DNA of 64,000 bases, taken from positions 62,001 to 126,000 of the forward strand of contig CAXIUT010000126.1 of the NCBI GenBank assembly GCA_964035545.1, read 5' to 3'. The notes beneath the pieces were generated by a model. It was not told the DNA's origin. It saw nothing but the letters and a program-made list of their open reading frames with translations, and searched no databases. This stretch comes from Bugula neritina. Taxonomy: Eukaryota > Animalia > Bryozoa. The position numbers were made by a program, and so were the translations under genes. Positions 1-13,600 of this stretch are shown here, piece by piece. The first letter of the stretch is position 1; each line of letters begins with the position of its first letter.

Positions 1-3000
1 CGTTGCAGTATGTTTCAATATGTTACGGTGTATTTCAGCATGTTGCAGTATATTTCAGTGAGTTGCAGTGTATTTCAGTGTGCTACAGCATATTTCAGTA
101 TGTTACAGTATATTGCAATGTGTCGCAGTATATTTCAGTATGTTGCAGTATTTTTCAATGTGTTACAGTATATTTCATTAGTTCACCATCTACTTCGGTG
201 TGTTGCAGTATATTTCAATGTGTTGCAGTGTATTTCAATATGTTACAGTGTATTTCAGCATGTTGTAGTTTTTTGCAGAATATTTCAGTGTGTTGCAGTG
301 TACTTTAGTATTTTGCAGTATTTTTCAATGTGTTACAGTATATTTCGGTATATTACCGTATATTTAGGTATGTTTCAGTATATTTCAATCTGTTACAGTG
401 TATTTCAATATGTTGTAGTATGTTACAGTGTATTTCAGTATGTTACAGTGTATTTCAGTATGTTGCAGTATATTTCAGTATGTTACAGTGTATTTCAGTA
501 TGTTGCAGTATATTTCAGTATGTTACAGTGTATTTCAGTATGTTGTAGTATATTTCAGTGTGTTACAGTATATTTCAGTATGTTGCAGTATTTTTCAATG
601 TGTTGCAGTGTATTTCAATATGTTACAGCGTATTTCAGTATGTTGCAGTGTATTTCAGTATGTAGCAGGGTATTTCAGTATGTTGCAGTGCATTTCAGTA
701 TGCTACAGCATATTTCAGTATGTTGCAGTATATTGCAATGTGTCGCAGTATATTTCAGTATGTTGCTGCATATTTCAATGTGTTACAGTATATTTCAGTA
801 GTTTATCATACATTTCGGTACGTTGCAGTATATTTCAATGTGTTGCAGTGTATTTCAATATGTTACAGTGTATTTCAGTATGTTGTAGTATTTTGCCGCG
901 TATTTCAGTATGTTGCAGTATCTTGCAGTGTATTTCAGTATGTTGCAGTATTTTTCAATGTGTTACCGTATATTTCAGTATATTACCATATATTTAGGTA
1001 TGTTGCAGTATATTTCAATGTGTTGCAGTGTATTTCAATATGTTCTAGTAATTTGTGGTGTATTTCAGTATGTTACAGTGTATTTCAGTATGTTGCAGTA
1101 TGTTTCAATATGTTACAGTGTATTTCAGTATTTTGCAGTATATTTCAGTGAGTTGCAGTGTATTTCAGTGTGCTACAGCATATTTCAGTATGTTGCAAAA
1201 TATTGCAATGTGTCGCAGTATGTTGCAGTATTTTTCAATGTGTTACCGTATATTTCAGTATATTACCATATATTTAGGTATGTTGCAGTATATTTCAATG
1301 TGTTGCAGTGTATTTCAATATGTTCTAGTTATTTGTGGCGTATTTCAGTATGTTACAGTGTATTTCAGCATGTTGCAGTATGTTTCAATATGTTACAGTG
1401 TATTTCAGTATTTTGCAGTATATTTCAGTGAGTTGCAGTGTATTTCAGTGTGCTACAGCATATTTCAGTATGTTGCAGTATATTGCAATGTGTCGCAGTA
1501 TGTTGCAGTATTTTTCAATGTGTTACAGTATATTTCAGTAGTTTACCATATATTTCGGTATGTTGCAGTATATTTCAATGTGTTGCAGTGTATATCAATA
1601 TGTTACAGTGTATTTGAGCATGTTGTAGTATTTTGCAGTGTATTTCAGTATGTTACAGTGTATTTCAGTATGTTGCAGTATGTTTCAATATGTTACAGTG
1701 TATTTCAGTATTTTGCAGTATATTTCAGTGAGTTGCAGTGTATTTCAGTGTGCTACAGCATATTTCAGTATGTTACAGTATATTGCAATGTGTCGCAGTG
1801 TATTTCAGTATGTTGCAGTATTTTTCAATGTGTTACAGTGTATTTCGGTATATTACCGTATATTTAGGTATGTCGCAGTATATTTCAGTATGTTGCCGTA
1901 TGTTTCAGTGTGTTGCAGTGTATTTCATTTAGTTGCAGTGTATTTCAATTTGTTCCAGTGTATGTCAGTATAATGCAGTATGTTGCAGTGTGTTTCAGTA
2001 TGTTACAGTGTATTTCAGTATGTTGCAGTATCTTGCAGTACATTTCAGTATGTTTTAGTATGTAGCAGTGTATTTCAGTATGTTGCAGTATATTTCAGTA
2101 TGTTGCAGTATATTTCAGTGTGTTACTGTTTTTTCCAGTATGTTACAACACATTTCCGTATATTAAACTATATTTCAGCGAGTTACAGTATATTTCAATG
2201 TGTTGCAGTGTATATCAATATGTTACAGTGTATTTGAGCATGTTGTAGTATTTTGCAGTGTATTTCAGTTTGTTACAGTGTATTTCAGTAGGTTGCAGTA
2301 TGTTGCAGTATGTTTCAATATGTTACAGTGTATTTCAGCATGTTGCAGTATATTTCAGTGAGTTGCAGTGTATTTCAGTGTGCTACAGCATATTTCAGTA
2401 TGTTACAGTATATTGCAATGTGTCGCAGTGTATATCAATATGTTACAGTGTATTTGAGCATGTTGTAGTATTTTGCAGTGTATTTCAGTATGTTGCAGTA
2501 TCTTGCAGTGTATTTCAGTATGTTGCAGTATTTTTCAATGTGTTACCGTATATTTCAGTATATTACCATATATTTAGGTATGTTGCAGTATATTTCAATG
2601 TGTTGCAGTGTATTTCAATATGTTCTAGTAATTTGCAGTGTGTTTCAGTATGTTACAGTGTATTGCAGTATGTTGCAGTATGTTTCAATATGTTACAGTG
2701 TATTTCAGCATGTTGCAGTATATTTCAGTGAGTTGCAGTGTATTTCAGTGTGCTACAGCATATTTCAGTATGTTACAGTATATTGCAATGTGTCGCAGTG
2801 TATTTCAGTATGTTGCAGTATTTTTCAATGTGTTACAGTGTATTTCGGTATATTACCGTATATTTAGGTATGTCGCAGTATATTTCAGTATGTTGCCGTA
2901 TGTTTCAGTGTGTTGCAGTATATTTCATTTTGTTGCAGTGTATTTCAATTTGTTCCAGTGTATGTCAGTTTAATGCAGTATGTTGCAGTGTGTTTCAGTA

Positions 3001-3680
3001 TGTTACAGTGTATTTCAGTATGTTGCAGTATCTTGCAGTACATTTCAGTATGTTTTAGTATGTAGCAGTGTATTTCAGTATGTTGCAGTATATTTCAGTA
3101 TGTTGCAGTATATTGCAATGTGTCGCAGTATATTTCAGTATGTTGCTGTATATTTCAATGTGTTGCAGTATATTTCAGTATGTAGCAGTGTATTTCAGTA
3201 TGTTGCAGTGTGTTGCAGTGTAATTCAGTATATTACATTGTATTTCAGTGTGTTGCAGTTCATTTCAGTATGTAGCAGGGTATTTCAGTATAGTGCAGTA
3301 TATTTCAGTATGCTGCAGTATATTTCAGTGTGTTACTGTTTTTTCCAGTATGTTACAACACATTTCCGTATATTACACTATATTTCAGCGAGTTACAGTA
3401 TATTTCAATGTGTTGCAGTGTATTGCAATATGTTACAGCGTATTTCGGTATGTTGCAGTGTGTTGCAGTGTAATTCAGTATATTACATTGTATTTCAGTG
3501 TGTAGCAGTTCATTTCAATATGTAGCAGGGTATTTCAGTATAGTGCAGTGTATTTCAGTATGCTACAGCATATTTCAGTTTGTTGCAGTATATTGCAATG
3601 TGTCGCAGTATATTTCAGTATGTTGCTGTATATTTCAATGTGTTGCAGTATATTTCAGTATGTAGCAGTGTATTTCAGTA

Positions 3681-4669
3681 TGTTGCAGTATATTTCAGTG
3701 AGTTGCAGTAAATTCCAGTGTGCTACAACATATTTCAGTGTGTTACAGTATATTGCAATGTGTCGCAGTATATTTCAGTATGTTGCAGTATTGTTCAATG
3801 TGTTACAGTATATTTCAGTAGTTTACCATACATTTCAGGACGTCGCAGTATATTTCAATGTGTTGCAGTGTATTTCAATATGTTACAGTGTATTTCAGTA
3901 TGTTGTAGTATTATGCGGCGTATTTCAGTATGTTGCAGTATCTTGCAGTATATTTCAGCATGTTGCAGTTATTTTCAATGTGTTACAGTATGTTTCAGTA
4001 TATTACCGTATATTTAGGTATGTTGCAGTATATTTCAATGTGTTGCAGTGTATTTCAATATGTTCTAGTGTTTTGCAGTGTATTTCAGTTTGTTACAGTG
4101 TATTTCAGTATGTTGCAGTATGTTGCAGTATGTTTCAATATGTTACAGTGTATTTCAGCATGTTGCAGTATATTTCAGTGAGTTGCAGTAAATTCCAGTG
4201 TGCTACAACATATTTCAGTGTGTTACAGTATATTGCAATGTGTCGCAGTATATTTCAGTATGTTGCAGTATTGTTCAATGTGTTACAGTATATTTCAGTA
4301 GTTTACCATACATTTCAGGACGTCGCAGTATATTTCAATGTGTTGCAGTGTATTTCAATATGTTACAGTGTATTTCAGTATGTTGTAGTATTATGCGGCG
4401 TATTTCAGTATGTTGCAGTATCTTGCAGTATATTTCAGCATGTTGCAGTTATTTTCAATGTGTTACAGTATGTTTCAGTATATTACCGTATATTTAGGTA
4501 TGTTGCAGTATATTTCAATGTGTTGCAGTGTATTTCAATATGTTCTAGTGTTTTGCAGTGTATTTCAGTTTGTTACAGTGTATTTCAGTATGTTGCAGTA
4601 TGTTGCAGTATGTTTCAATATGTTACAGTGTATTTCAGCATGTTGCAGTATATTTCAGTGAGTTGCAGT
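3681..4669 (+). repeat. 480-bp tandem duplication (two copies) within the satellite; recurs at about 19731-20719 and 28951-29939
   Basis: The diagnostic monomer AATTCCAGTG is at 3711/4191, 19761/20241 and 28981/29461. ORFs at 3718 and 4198 are identical. Confidence 0.95.
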
Positions 4670-7600
4670 GTATTTCAGTATGTTGCAGTATTTTTCAATG
4701 TGTTGCAGTGTATTTCAATATGTTACAGCATATTCCAGTATGTTGCAGTATGTTGCAGTGTAGTTCAGTATATTACATTGTATTTCAGTATGTTGCAGTT
4801 TATTTCAGTATGTAGCAGGGTATTTCAGTATGTTGCAGTGCATTTCAGTATGCTACAGCATATTTCAGTATGTTGCAGTATATCGCAATGTGTCGCAGTA
4901 TATTTCAGTATGTTGCTGTATATTTCAATGTGTTACAGTGTTTTTCAGTATATTACCATATATTTAGATATGTTGCAGTATGTTTCAATGTGTTGCAGTG
5001 TATTTCAGTATGTAGCAGTGTATTTCAGTATGTTGCAGTGTGTTGCAGTGTAATTCAGTATATTACATTGTATTTCAGTGTGTTGCAGTTCATTTCAGTA
5101 TGTAGCAGGGTATTTCAGTTTAGTGCAGTATATTTCAGTATGCTGCAGTATATTTCAGTGTGTTACTGTTTTTTCCAGTATGTTACAACACATTTCCGTA
5201 TATTACACTATATTTCAGCGAGTTACAGTATATTTCAATGTGTTGCAGTGTATTTCAATATGTTACAGTGTATTTCAGCATGTTGTAGTTTTTTGCAGAA
5301 TATTTCAGTGTGTTGCAGTGTACTTCAGTATTTTGCAGTATTTTTCAATGTGTTACAGTATATTTCGGTATATTACCGTATATTTAGGTATGTTTCAGTA
5401 TATTTCAATCTGTTGCAGTGTATTTCAATATGTTGTAGTATGTTGCAGTGTATTTCAGTATGTTACAGTGTATTTCAGTATGTTGCAGTATATTTCAGTA
5501 TGTTACAGTGTATTTCAGTATGTTGCAGTATATTTCAGTGTGTTACAGTGTATTTCAGTATGTTGTAGTATATTTCAGTGTGTTACAGTATATTTCAGTA
5601 TGTTGCAGTATTTTTCAATGTGTTGCAGTGTATTTCAATATGTTACAGCGTATTTCAGTATGTTGCAGTGTATTTCAGTATGTAGCAGGGTATTTCAGTA
5701 TGTTGCAGTGCATTTTAGTATGCTACAGCATATTTCAGTATGTTGCAGTGTATTGCAATGTGTCGCAGTATATTTCAGTATGTTGCTGTATATTTCAATG
5801 TGTTACAGTATATTTCAGTAGTTTACCATACATTTCGGTACGTTGCAGTATATTTCAATGTGTTGCAGTGTATTTCAATATGTTACAGTGTATTTCAGTA
5901 TGTTGTAGTATTTTGCCGCGTATTTCAGTATGTTGCAGTATCTTGCAGTGTATTTCAGTATGTTGCAGTATTTTTCAATGTGTTACCGTATATTTCAGTA
6001 TATTACCATATATTTAGGTATGTTGCAGTATATTTCAATGTGTTGCAGTGTATTTCAATATGTTCTAGTAATTTGTGGTGTATTTCAGTATGTTACAGTG
6101 TATTTCAGTATGTTGCAGTATGTTTCAATATGTTACAGTGTATTTCAGTATTTTGCAGTATATTTCAGTGAGTTGCAGTGTATTTCAGTGTGCTACAGCA
6201 TATTTCAGTATGTTGCAAAATATTGCAATGTGTCGCAGTATGTTGCAGTATTTTTCAATGTGTTACAGTATATTTCAGTAGTTTACCATATATTTCGGTA
6301 TGTTGCAGTATATTTCAATGTGTTGCAGTGTATATCAATATGTTACAGTGTATTTGAGCATGTTGTAGTATTTTGCAGTGTATTTCAGTATGTTACAGTG
6401 TATTTCAGTATGTTGCAGTATATTTCAATATGTTACAGTGTATTTCAGTATTTTGCAGTATATTTCAGTGAGCTGCAGTGTATTTCAGTGTGCTACAGCA
6501 TATTTCAGTATGTTACAGTATATTGCAATGTGTCGCAGTGTATTTCAGTATGTTGCAGTATTTTTCAAGGTGTTACAGTATATTTCAGTAGTTTACCATA
6601 TATTTCGGTATGTTGCAGTATATTTCAATGTGTTGCAGTGTATATCAATATGTTACAGTGTATTTGAGCATGTTGTAGTATTTTGCAGTGTATTTCAGTG
6701 TGTTGCAGTGTATTTCAGTATTTTGCAGTATTTTTCAATGTGTTACAGTGTATTTCGGTATATTACCGTATATTTAAGTATGTCGCAGTATACTTCAGTA
6801 TGTTGCCGTATGTTTCAGTGTGTTGCAGTATATTTCATTTAGTTGCAGTGTATTTCAATTTGTTCCAGTGTATGTCAGTATAATGCAGTATGTTGCAGTG
6901 TGTTTCAGTATGTTACAGTGTATTTCAGTATGTTGCAGTATCTTGCAGTACATTTCAGTATGTTTTAGTATGTAGCAGTGTATTTCAGTATGTTGCAGTA
7001 TATTTCAGTATGTTGCAGTATATTTCAGTGTGTTACTGTTTTTTCCAGTATGTTACAACACATTTCCGTATATTAAACTATATTTCAGCGAGTTACAGTA
7101 TATTTCAATGTGTTGCAGTGTATTGCAATATGTTACAGCGTATTTCGGTATGTTGCAGTGTGTTGCAGTGTAATTCAGTATATTACATTGTATTTCAGTG
7201 TGTTGCAGTTCATTTCAATATGTAGCAGGGTATTTCAGTATAGTGCAGTGTATTTCAGTATGCTACAGCATATTTCAGTATGTTGCAGTATATTGCAATG
7301 TGTCGCAGTATATTTCAGTATGTTGCAGTACGTTGCAGTATGTTTCAATATGTTACGGTGTATTTCAGCATGTTGCAGTATATTTCAGTGAGTTGCAGTG
7401 TATTTCAGTGTGCTACAGCATATTTCAGTATGTTACAGTATATTGCAATGTGTCGCAGTATATTTCAGTATGTTGCAGTATTTTTCAATGTGTTACAGTA
7501 TATTTCATTAGTTTACCATATACGTCGGTGTGTTGCAGTATATTTCAATGTGTTGCAGTGTATTTCAATATGTTACAGTGTATTTCAGCATGTTGTAGTT

Positions 7601-10600
7601 TTTTGCAGAATATTTCAGTGTGTTGCAGTGTACTTTAGTATTTTGCAGTATTTTTCATTGTGTTACAGTATATTTCGGTATATTACCGTATATTTAGGTA
7701 TGTTTCAGTATATTTCAATCTGTTGCAGTGTATTTCAATATGTTGTAGTATGTCGCAGTGTATTTCAGTATGTTACAGTGTATTTCAGTATGTTGCAGTA
7801 TATTTCAGTATGTTACAGTGTATTTCAGTATGTTGCAGTATATTTCAGTGTGTTACAGTGTATTTCAGTATGTTGTAGTATATTTCAGTGTGTTACAGTA
7901 TATTTCAGTATGTTGCAGTATTTTTCAATGTGTTGCAGTGTATTTCAATATGTTACAGCGTATTTCAGTATGTTGCAGTGTATTTCAGTATGTAGCAGGG
8001 TATTTCAGTATGTTGCAGTGCATTTCAGTATGCTACAGCATATTTCTGTATGTTGCAGTATATTGCAATGTGTCGCAGTATATTTCAGTATGTTGCTGTA
8101 TATTTCAATGTGTTACAGTATATTTCAGTAGTTTACCATACATTTCGGTACGTTGCAGTATATTTCAATGTGTTGCAGTGTATTTCAATATGTTACAGTG
8201 TATTTCAGTATGTTGTAGTATTTTGCCGCGTATTTCAGTATGTTGCAGTATCTTGCAGTGTATTTCAGTATGTTGCAGTATTTTTCAATGTGTTACCGTA
8301 TATTTCAGTATATTACCATATATTTAGGTATGTTGCAGTATATTTCAATGTGTTGCAGTGTATTTCAATATGTTCTAGTAATTTGTGGTGTATTTCAGTA
8401 TGTTACAGTGTATTTCAGTATGTTGCAGTATGTTTCAATATGTTACAGTGTATTTCAGTATTTTGCAGTATATTTCAGTGAGTTGCAGTGTATTTCAGTG
8501 TGCTACAGCATATTTCAGTATGTTGCAAAATATTGCAATGTGTCGCAGTATGTTGCAGTATTTTTCAATGTGTTACAGTATATTTCAGTAGTTTACCATA
8601 TATTTCGGTATGTTGCAGTATATTTCAATGTGTTGCAGTGTATATCAATATGTTACAGTGTATTTGAGCATGTTGTAGTATTTTGCAGTGTATTTCAGAA
8701 TGTTACAGTGTATTTCAGTATGTTGCAGTATGTTTCAATATGTTACAGTGTATTTCAGTATTTTGCAGTATATTCTAGTGAGTTGCAGTGTATTTCAGTG
8801 TGCTACAGCATATTTCAGTATGTTACAGTATATTGCAATGTGTCGCAGTGTATTTCAGTATGTTGCAGAATTTTTCAAGGTGTTACAGTATATTTCAGTA
8901 GTTTACCATATATTTCGGTATGTTGCAGTATATTTCAATGTGTTGCAGTGTATATCAATATGTTACAGTGTATTTGAGCATGTTGTAGTATTTTGCAGTG
9001 TATTTCAGTGTGTTGCAGTGTATTTCAGTATTTTGCAGTATTTTTCAATGTGTTACAGTGTATTTCGGTATATTACCGTATATTTAAGTATGTCGCAGTA
9101 TACTTCAGTATGTTGCCGTATGTTTCAGTGTGTTGCAGTATATTTCATTTAGTTGCAGTGTATTTCAATTTGTTCCAGTGTATGTCAGTATAATGCAGTA
9201 TGTTGCAGTGTGTTTCAGTATGTTACAGTGTATTTCAGTATGTTGCAGTATCTTGCAGTACATTTCAGTATGTTTTAGTATGTAGCAGTGTATTTCAGTA
9301 TGTTGCAGTATATTTCAGTATGTTGCAGTATATTTCAGTGTGTTACTGTTTTTTCCAGTATGTTACAACACATTTCCGTATATTAAACTATATTTCAGCG
9401 AGTTACAGTATATTTCAATGTGTTGCAGTGTATTGCAATATGTTACAGCGTATTTCGGTATGTTGCAGTGTGTTGCAGTGTAATTCAGTATATTACATTG
9501 TATTTCAGTGTGTTGCAGTTCATTTCAATATGTAGCAGGGTATTTCAGTATAGTGCAGTGTATTTCAGTATGCTACAGCATATTTCAGTATGTTGCAGTA
9601 TATTGCAATGTGTCGCAGTATATTTCAGTATGTTGCAGTACGTTGCAGTATGTTTCAATATGTTACGGTGTATTTCAGCATGTTGCAGTATATTTCAGTG
9701 AGTTGCAGTGTATTTCAGTGTGCTACAGCATATTTCAGTATGTTACAGTATATTGCAATGTGTCGCAGTATATTTCAGTATGTTGCAGTATTTTTCAATG
9801 TGTTACAGTATATTTCATTAGTTCACCATCTACTTCGGTGTGTTGCAGTATATTTCAATGTGTTGCAGTGTATTTCAATATGTTACAGTGTATTTCAGCA
9901 TGTTGTAGTTTTTTGCAGAATATTTCAGTGTGTTGCAGTGTACTTTAGTATTTTGCAGTATTTTTCAATGTGTTACAGTATATTTCGGTATATTACCGTA
10001 TATTTAGGTATGTTTCAGTATATTTCAATCTGTTGCAGTGTATTTCAATATGTTGTAGTATGTTGCAGTGTATTTCAGTATGTTACAGTGTATTTCAGTA
10101 TGTTGCAGTATATTTCAGTATGTTACAGTGTATTTCAGTATGTTGCAGTATATTTCAGTGTGTTACAGTGTATTTCAGTATGTTGTAGTATATTTCAGTG
10201 TGTTACAGTATATTTCAGTATGTTGCAGTATTTTTCAATGTGTTGCAGTGTATTTCAATATGTTACAGCGTATTTCAGTATGTTGCAGTGTATTTCAGTA
10301 TGTAGCAGGGTATTTCAGTATGTTGCAGTGCATTTCAGTATGCTACAGCATATTTCGGTATGTTGCAGTATATTGCAATGTGTCGCAGTATATTTCAGTA
10401 TGTTGCTGTATATTTCAATGTGTTACAGTATATTTCAGTAGTTTATCATACATTTCGGTACGTTGCAGTATATTTCAATGTGTTGCAGTGTATTTCAATA
10501 TGTTACAGTGTATTTCAGTATGTTGTAGTATTTTGCCGCGTATTTCAGTATGTTGCAGTATCTTGCAGTGTATTTCAGTATGTTGCAGTATTTTTCAATG

Positions 10601-13600
10601 TGTTACCGTATATTTCAGTATATTACCATATATTTAGGTATGTTGCAGTATATTTCAATGTGTTGCAGTGTATTTCAATATGTTCTAGTAATTTGTGGTG
10701 TATTTCAGTATGTTACAGTGTATTTCAGTATGTTGCAGTATGTTTCAATATGTTACAGTGTATTTCAGTATTTTGCAGTATATTTCAGTGAGTTGCAGTG
10801 TATTTCAGTGTGCTACAGCATATTTCAGTATGTTGCAAAATATTGCAATGTGTCGCAGTATGTTGCAGTATTTTTCAATGTGTTACCGTATATTTCAGTA
10901 TATTACCATATATTTAGGTATGTTGCAGTATATTTCAATGTGTTGCAGTGTATTTCAATATGTTCTAGTTATTTGTGGTGTATTTCAGTATGTTACAGTG
11001 TATTTCAGCATGTTGCAGTATGTTTCAATATGTTACAGTGTATTTCAGTATTTTGCAGTATATTTCAGTGAGTTGCAGTGTATTTCAGTATGTTGCAGTA
11101 TTTTTCAATGTGTTGCAGTGTATTTCAATATGTTACAGCATATTCCAGTATGTTGCAGTATGTTGCAGTGTAGTTCAGTATATTACATTGTATTTCAGTA
11201 TGTTGCAGTTTATTTCAGTATGTAGCAGGGTATTTCAGTATGTTGCAGTGCATTTCAGTATGCTACAGCATATTTCAGTATGTTGCAGTATATCGCAATG
11301 TGTCGCAGTATATTTCAGTATGTTGCTGTATATTTCAATGTGTTACAGTGTTTTTCAGTATATTACCATATATTTAGATATGTTGCAGTATGTTTCAATG
11401 TGTTGCAGTGTATTTCAGTATGTAGCAGTGTATTTCAGTATGTTGCAGTGTGTTGCAGTGTAATTCAGTATATTACATTGTATTTCAGTGTGTTGCAGTT
11501 CATTTCAGTATGTAGCAGGGTATTTCAGTTTAGTGCAGTATATTTCAGTATGCTGCAGTATATTTCAGTGTGTTACTGTTTTTTCCAGTATGTTACAACA
11601 CATTTCCGTATATTACACTATATTTCAGCGAGTTACAGTATATTTCAATGTGTTGCAGTGTATTTCAATATGTTACAGTGTATTTCAGCATGTTGTAGTT
11701 TTTTGCAGAATATTTCAGTGTGTTGCAGTGTACTTCAGTATTTTGCAGTATTTTTCAATGTGTTACAGTATATTTCGGTATATTACCGTATATTTAGGTA
11801 TGTTTCAGTATATTTCAATCTGTTGCAGTGTATTTCAATATGTTGTAGTATGTTGCAGTGTATTTCAGTATGTTACAGTGTATTTCAGTATGTTGCAGTA
11901 TATTTCAGTATGTTACAGTGTATTTCAGTATGTTGCAGTATATTTCAGTGTGTTACAGTGTATTTCAGTATGTTGTAGTATATTTCAGTGTGTTACAGTA
12001 TATTTCAGTATGTTGCAGTATTTTTCAATGTGTTGCAGTGTATTTCAATATGTTACAGCGTATTTCAGTATGTTGCAGTGTATTTCAGTATGTAGCAGGG
12101 TATTTCAGTATGTTGCAGTGCATTTTAGTATGCTACAGCATATTTCAGTATGTTGCAGTGTATTGCAATGTGTCGCAGTATATTTCAGTATGTTGCTGTA
12201 TATTTCAATGTGTTACAGTATATTTCAGTAGTTTACCATACATTTCGGTACGTTGCAGTATATTTCAATGTGTTGCAGTGTATTTCAATATGTTACAGTG
12301 TATTTCAGTATGTTGTAGTATTTTGCCGCGTATTTCAGTATGTTGCAGTATCTTGCAGTGTATTTCAGTATGTTGCAGTATTTTTCAATGTGTTACCGTA
12401 TATTTCAGTATATTACCATATATTTAGGTATGTTGCAGTATATTTCAATGTGTTGCAGTGTATTTCAATATGTTCTAGTAATTTGTGGTGTATTTCAGTA
12501 TGTTACAGTGTATTTCAGTATGTTGCAGTATGTTTCAATATGTTACAGTGTATTTCAGTATTTTGCAGTATATTTCAGTGAGTTGCAGTGTATTTCAGTG
12601 TGCTACAGCATATTTCAGTATGTTGCAAAATATTGCAATGTGTCGCAGTATGTTGCAGTATTTTTCAATGTGTTACAGTATATTTCAGTAGTTTACCATA
12701 TATTTCGGTATGTTGCAGTATATTTCAATGTGTTGCAGTGTATATCAATATGTTACAGTGTATTTGAGCATGTTGTAGTATTTTGCAGTGTATTTCAGTA
12801 TGTTACAGTGTATTTCAGTATGTTGCAGTATATTTCAATATGTTACAGTGTATTTCAGTATTTTGCAGTATATTTCAGTGAGCTGCAGTGTATTTCAGTG
12901 TGCTACAGCATATTTCAGTATGTTACAGTATATTGCAATGTGTCGCAGTGTATTTCAGTATGTTGCAGTATTTTTCAAGGTGTTACAGTATATTTCAGTA
13001 GTTTACCATATATTTCGGTATGTTGCAGTATATTTCAATGTGTTGCAGTGTATATCAATATGTTACAGTGTATTTGAGCATGTTGTAGTATTTTGCAGTG
13101 TATTTCAGTGTGTTGCAGTGTATTTCAGTATTTTGCAGTATTTTTCAATGTGTTACAGTGTATTTCGGTATATTACCGTATATTTAAGTATGTCGCAGTA
13201 TACTTCAGTATGTTGCCGTATGTTTCAGTGTGTTGCAGTATATTTCATTTAGTTGCAGTGTATTTCAATTTGTTCCAGTGTATGTCAGTATAATGCAGTA
13301 TGTTGCAGTGTGTTTCAGTATGTTACAGTGTATTTCAGTATGTTGCAGTATCTTGCAGTACATTTCAGTATGTTTTAGTATGTAGCAGTGTATTTCAGTA
13401 TGTTGCAGTATATTTCAGTATGTTGCAGTATATTTCAGTGTGTTACTGTTTTTTCCAGTATGTTACAACACATTTCCGTATATTAAACTATATTTCAGCG
13501 AGTTACAGTATATTTCAATGTGTTGCAGTGTATTGCAATATGTTACAGCGTATTTCGGTATGTTGCAGTGTGTTGCAGTGTAATTCAGTATATTACATTG

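Noticed and set aside
3421-3430. Perfect palindromic monomer TATTGCAATA as a possible protein-binding site
   Set aside because: It is a simple hybrid of the two monomer types, one change from the common TATTGCAATG, and nothing else supports a function.
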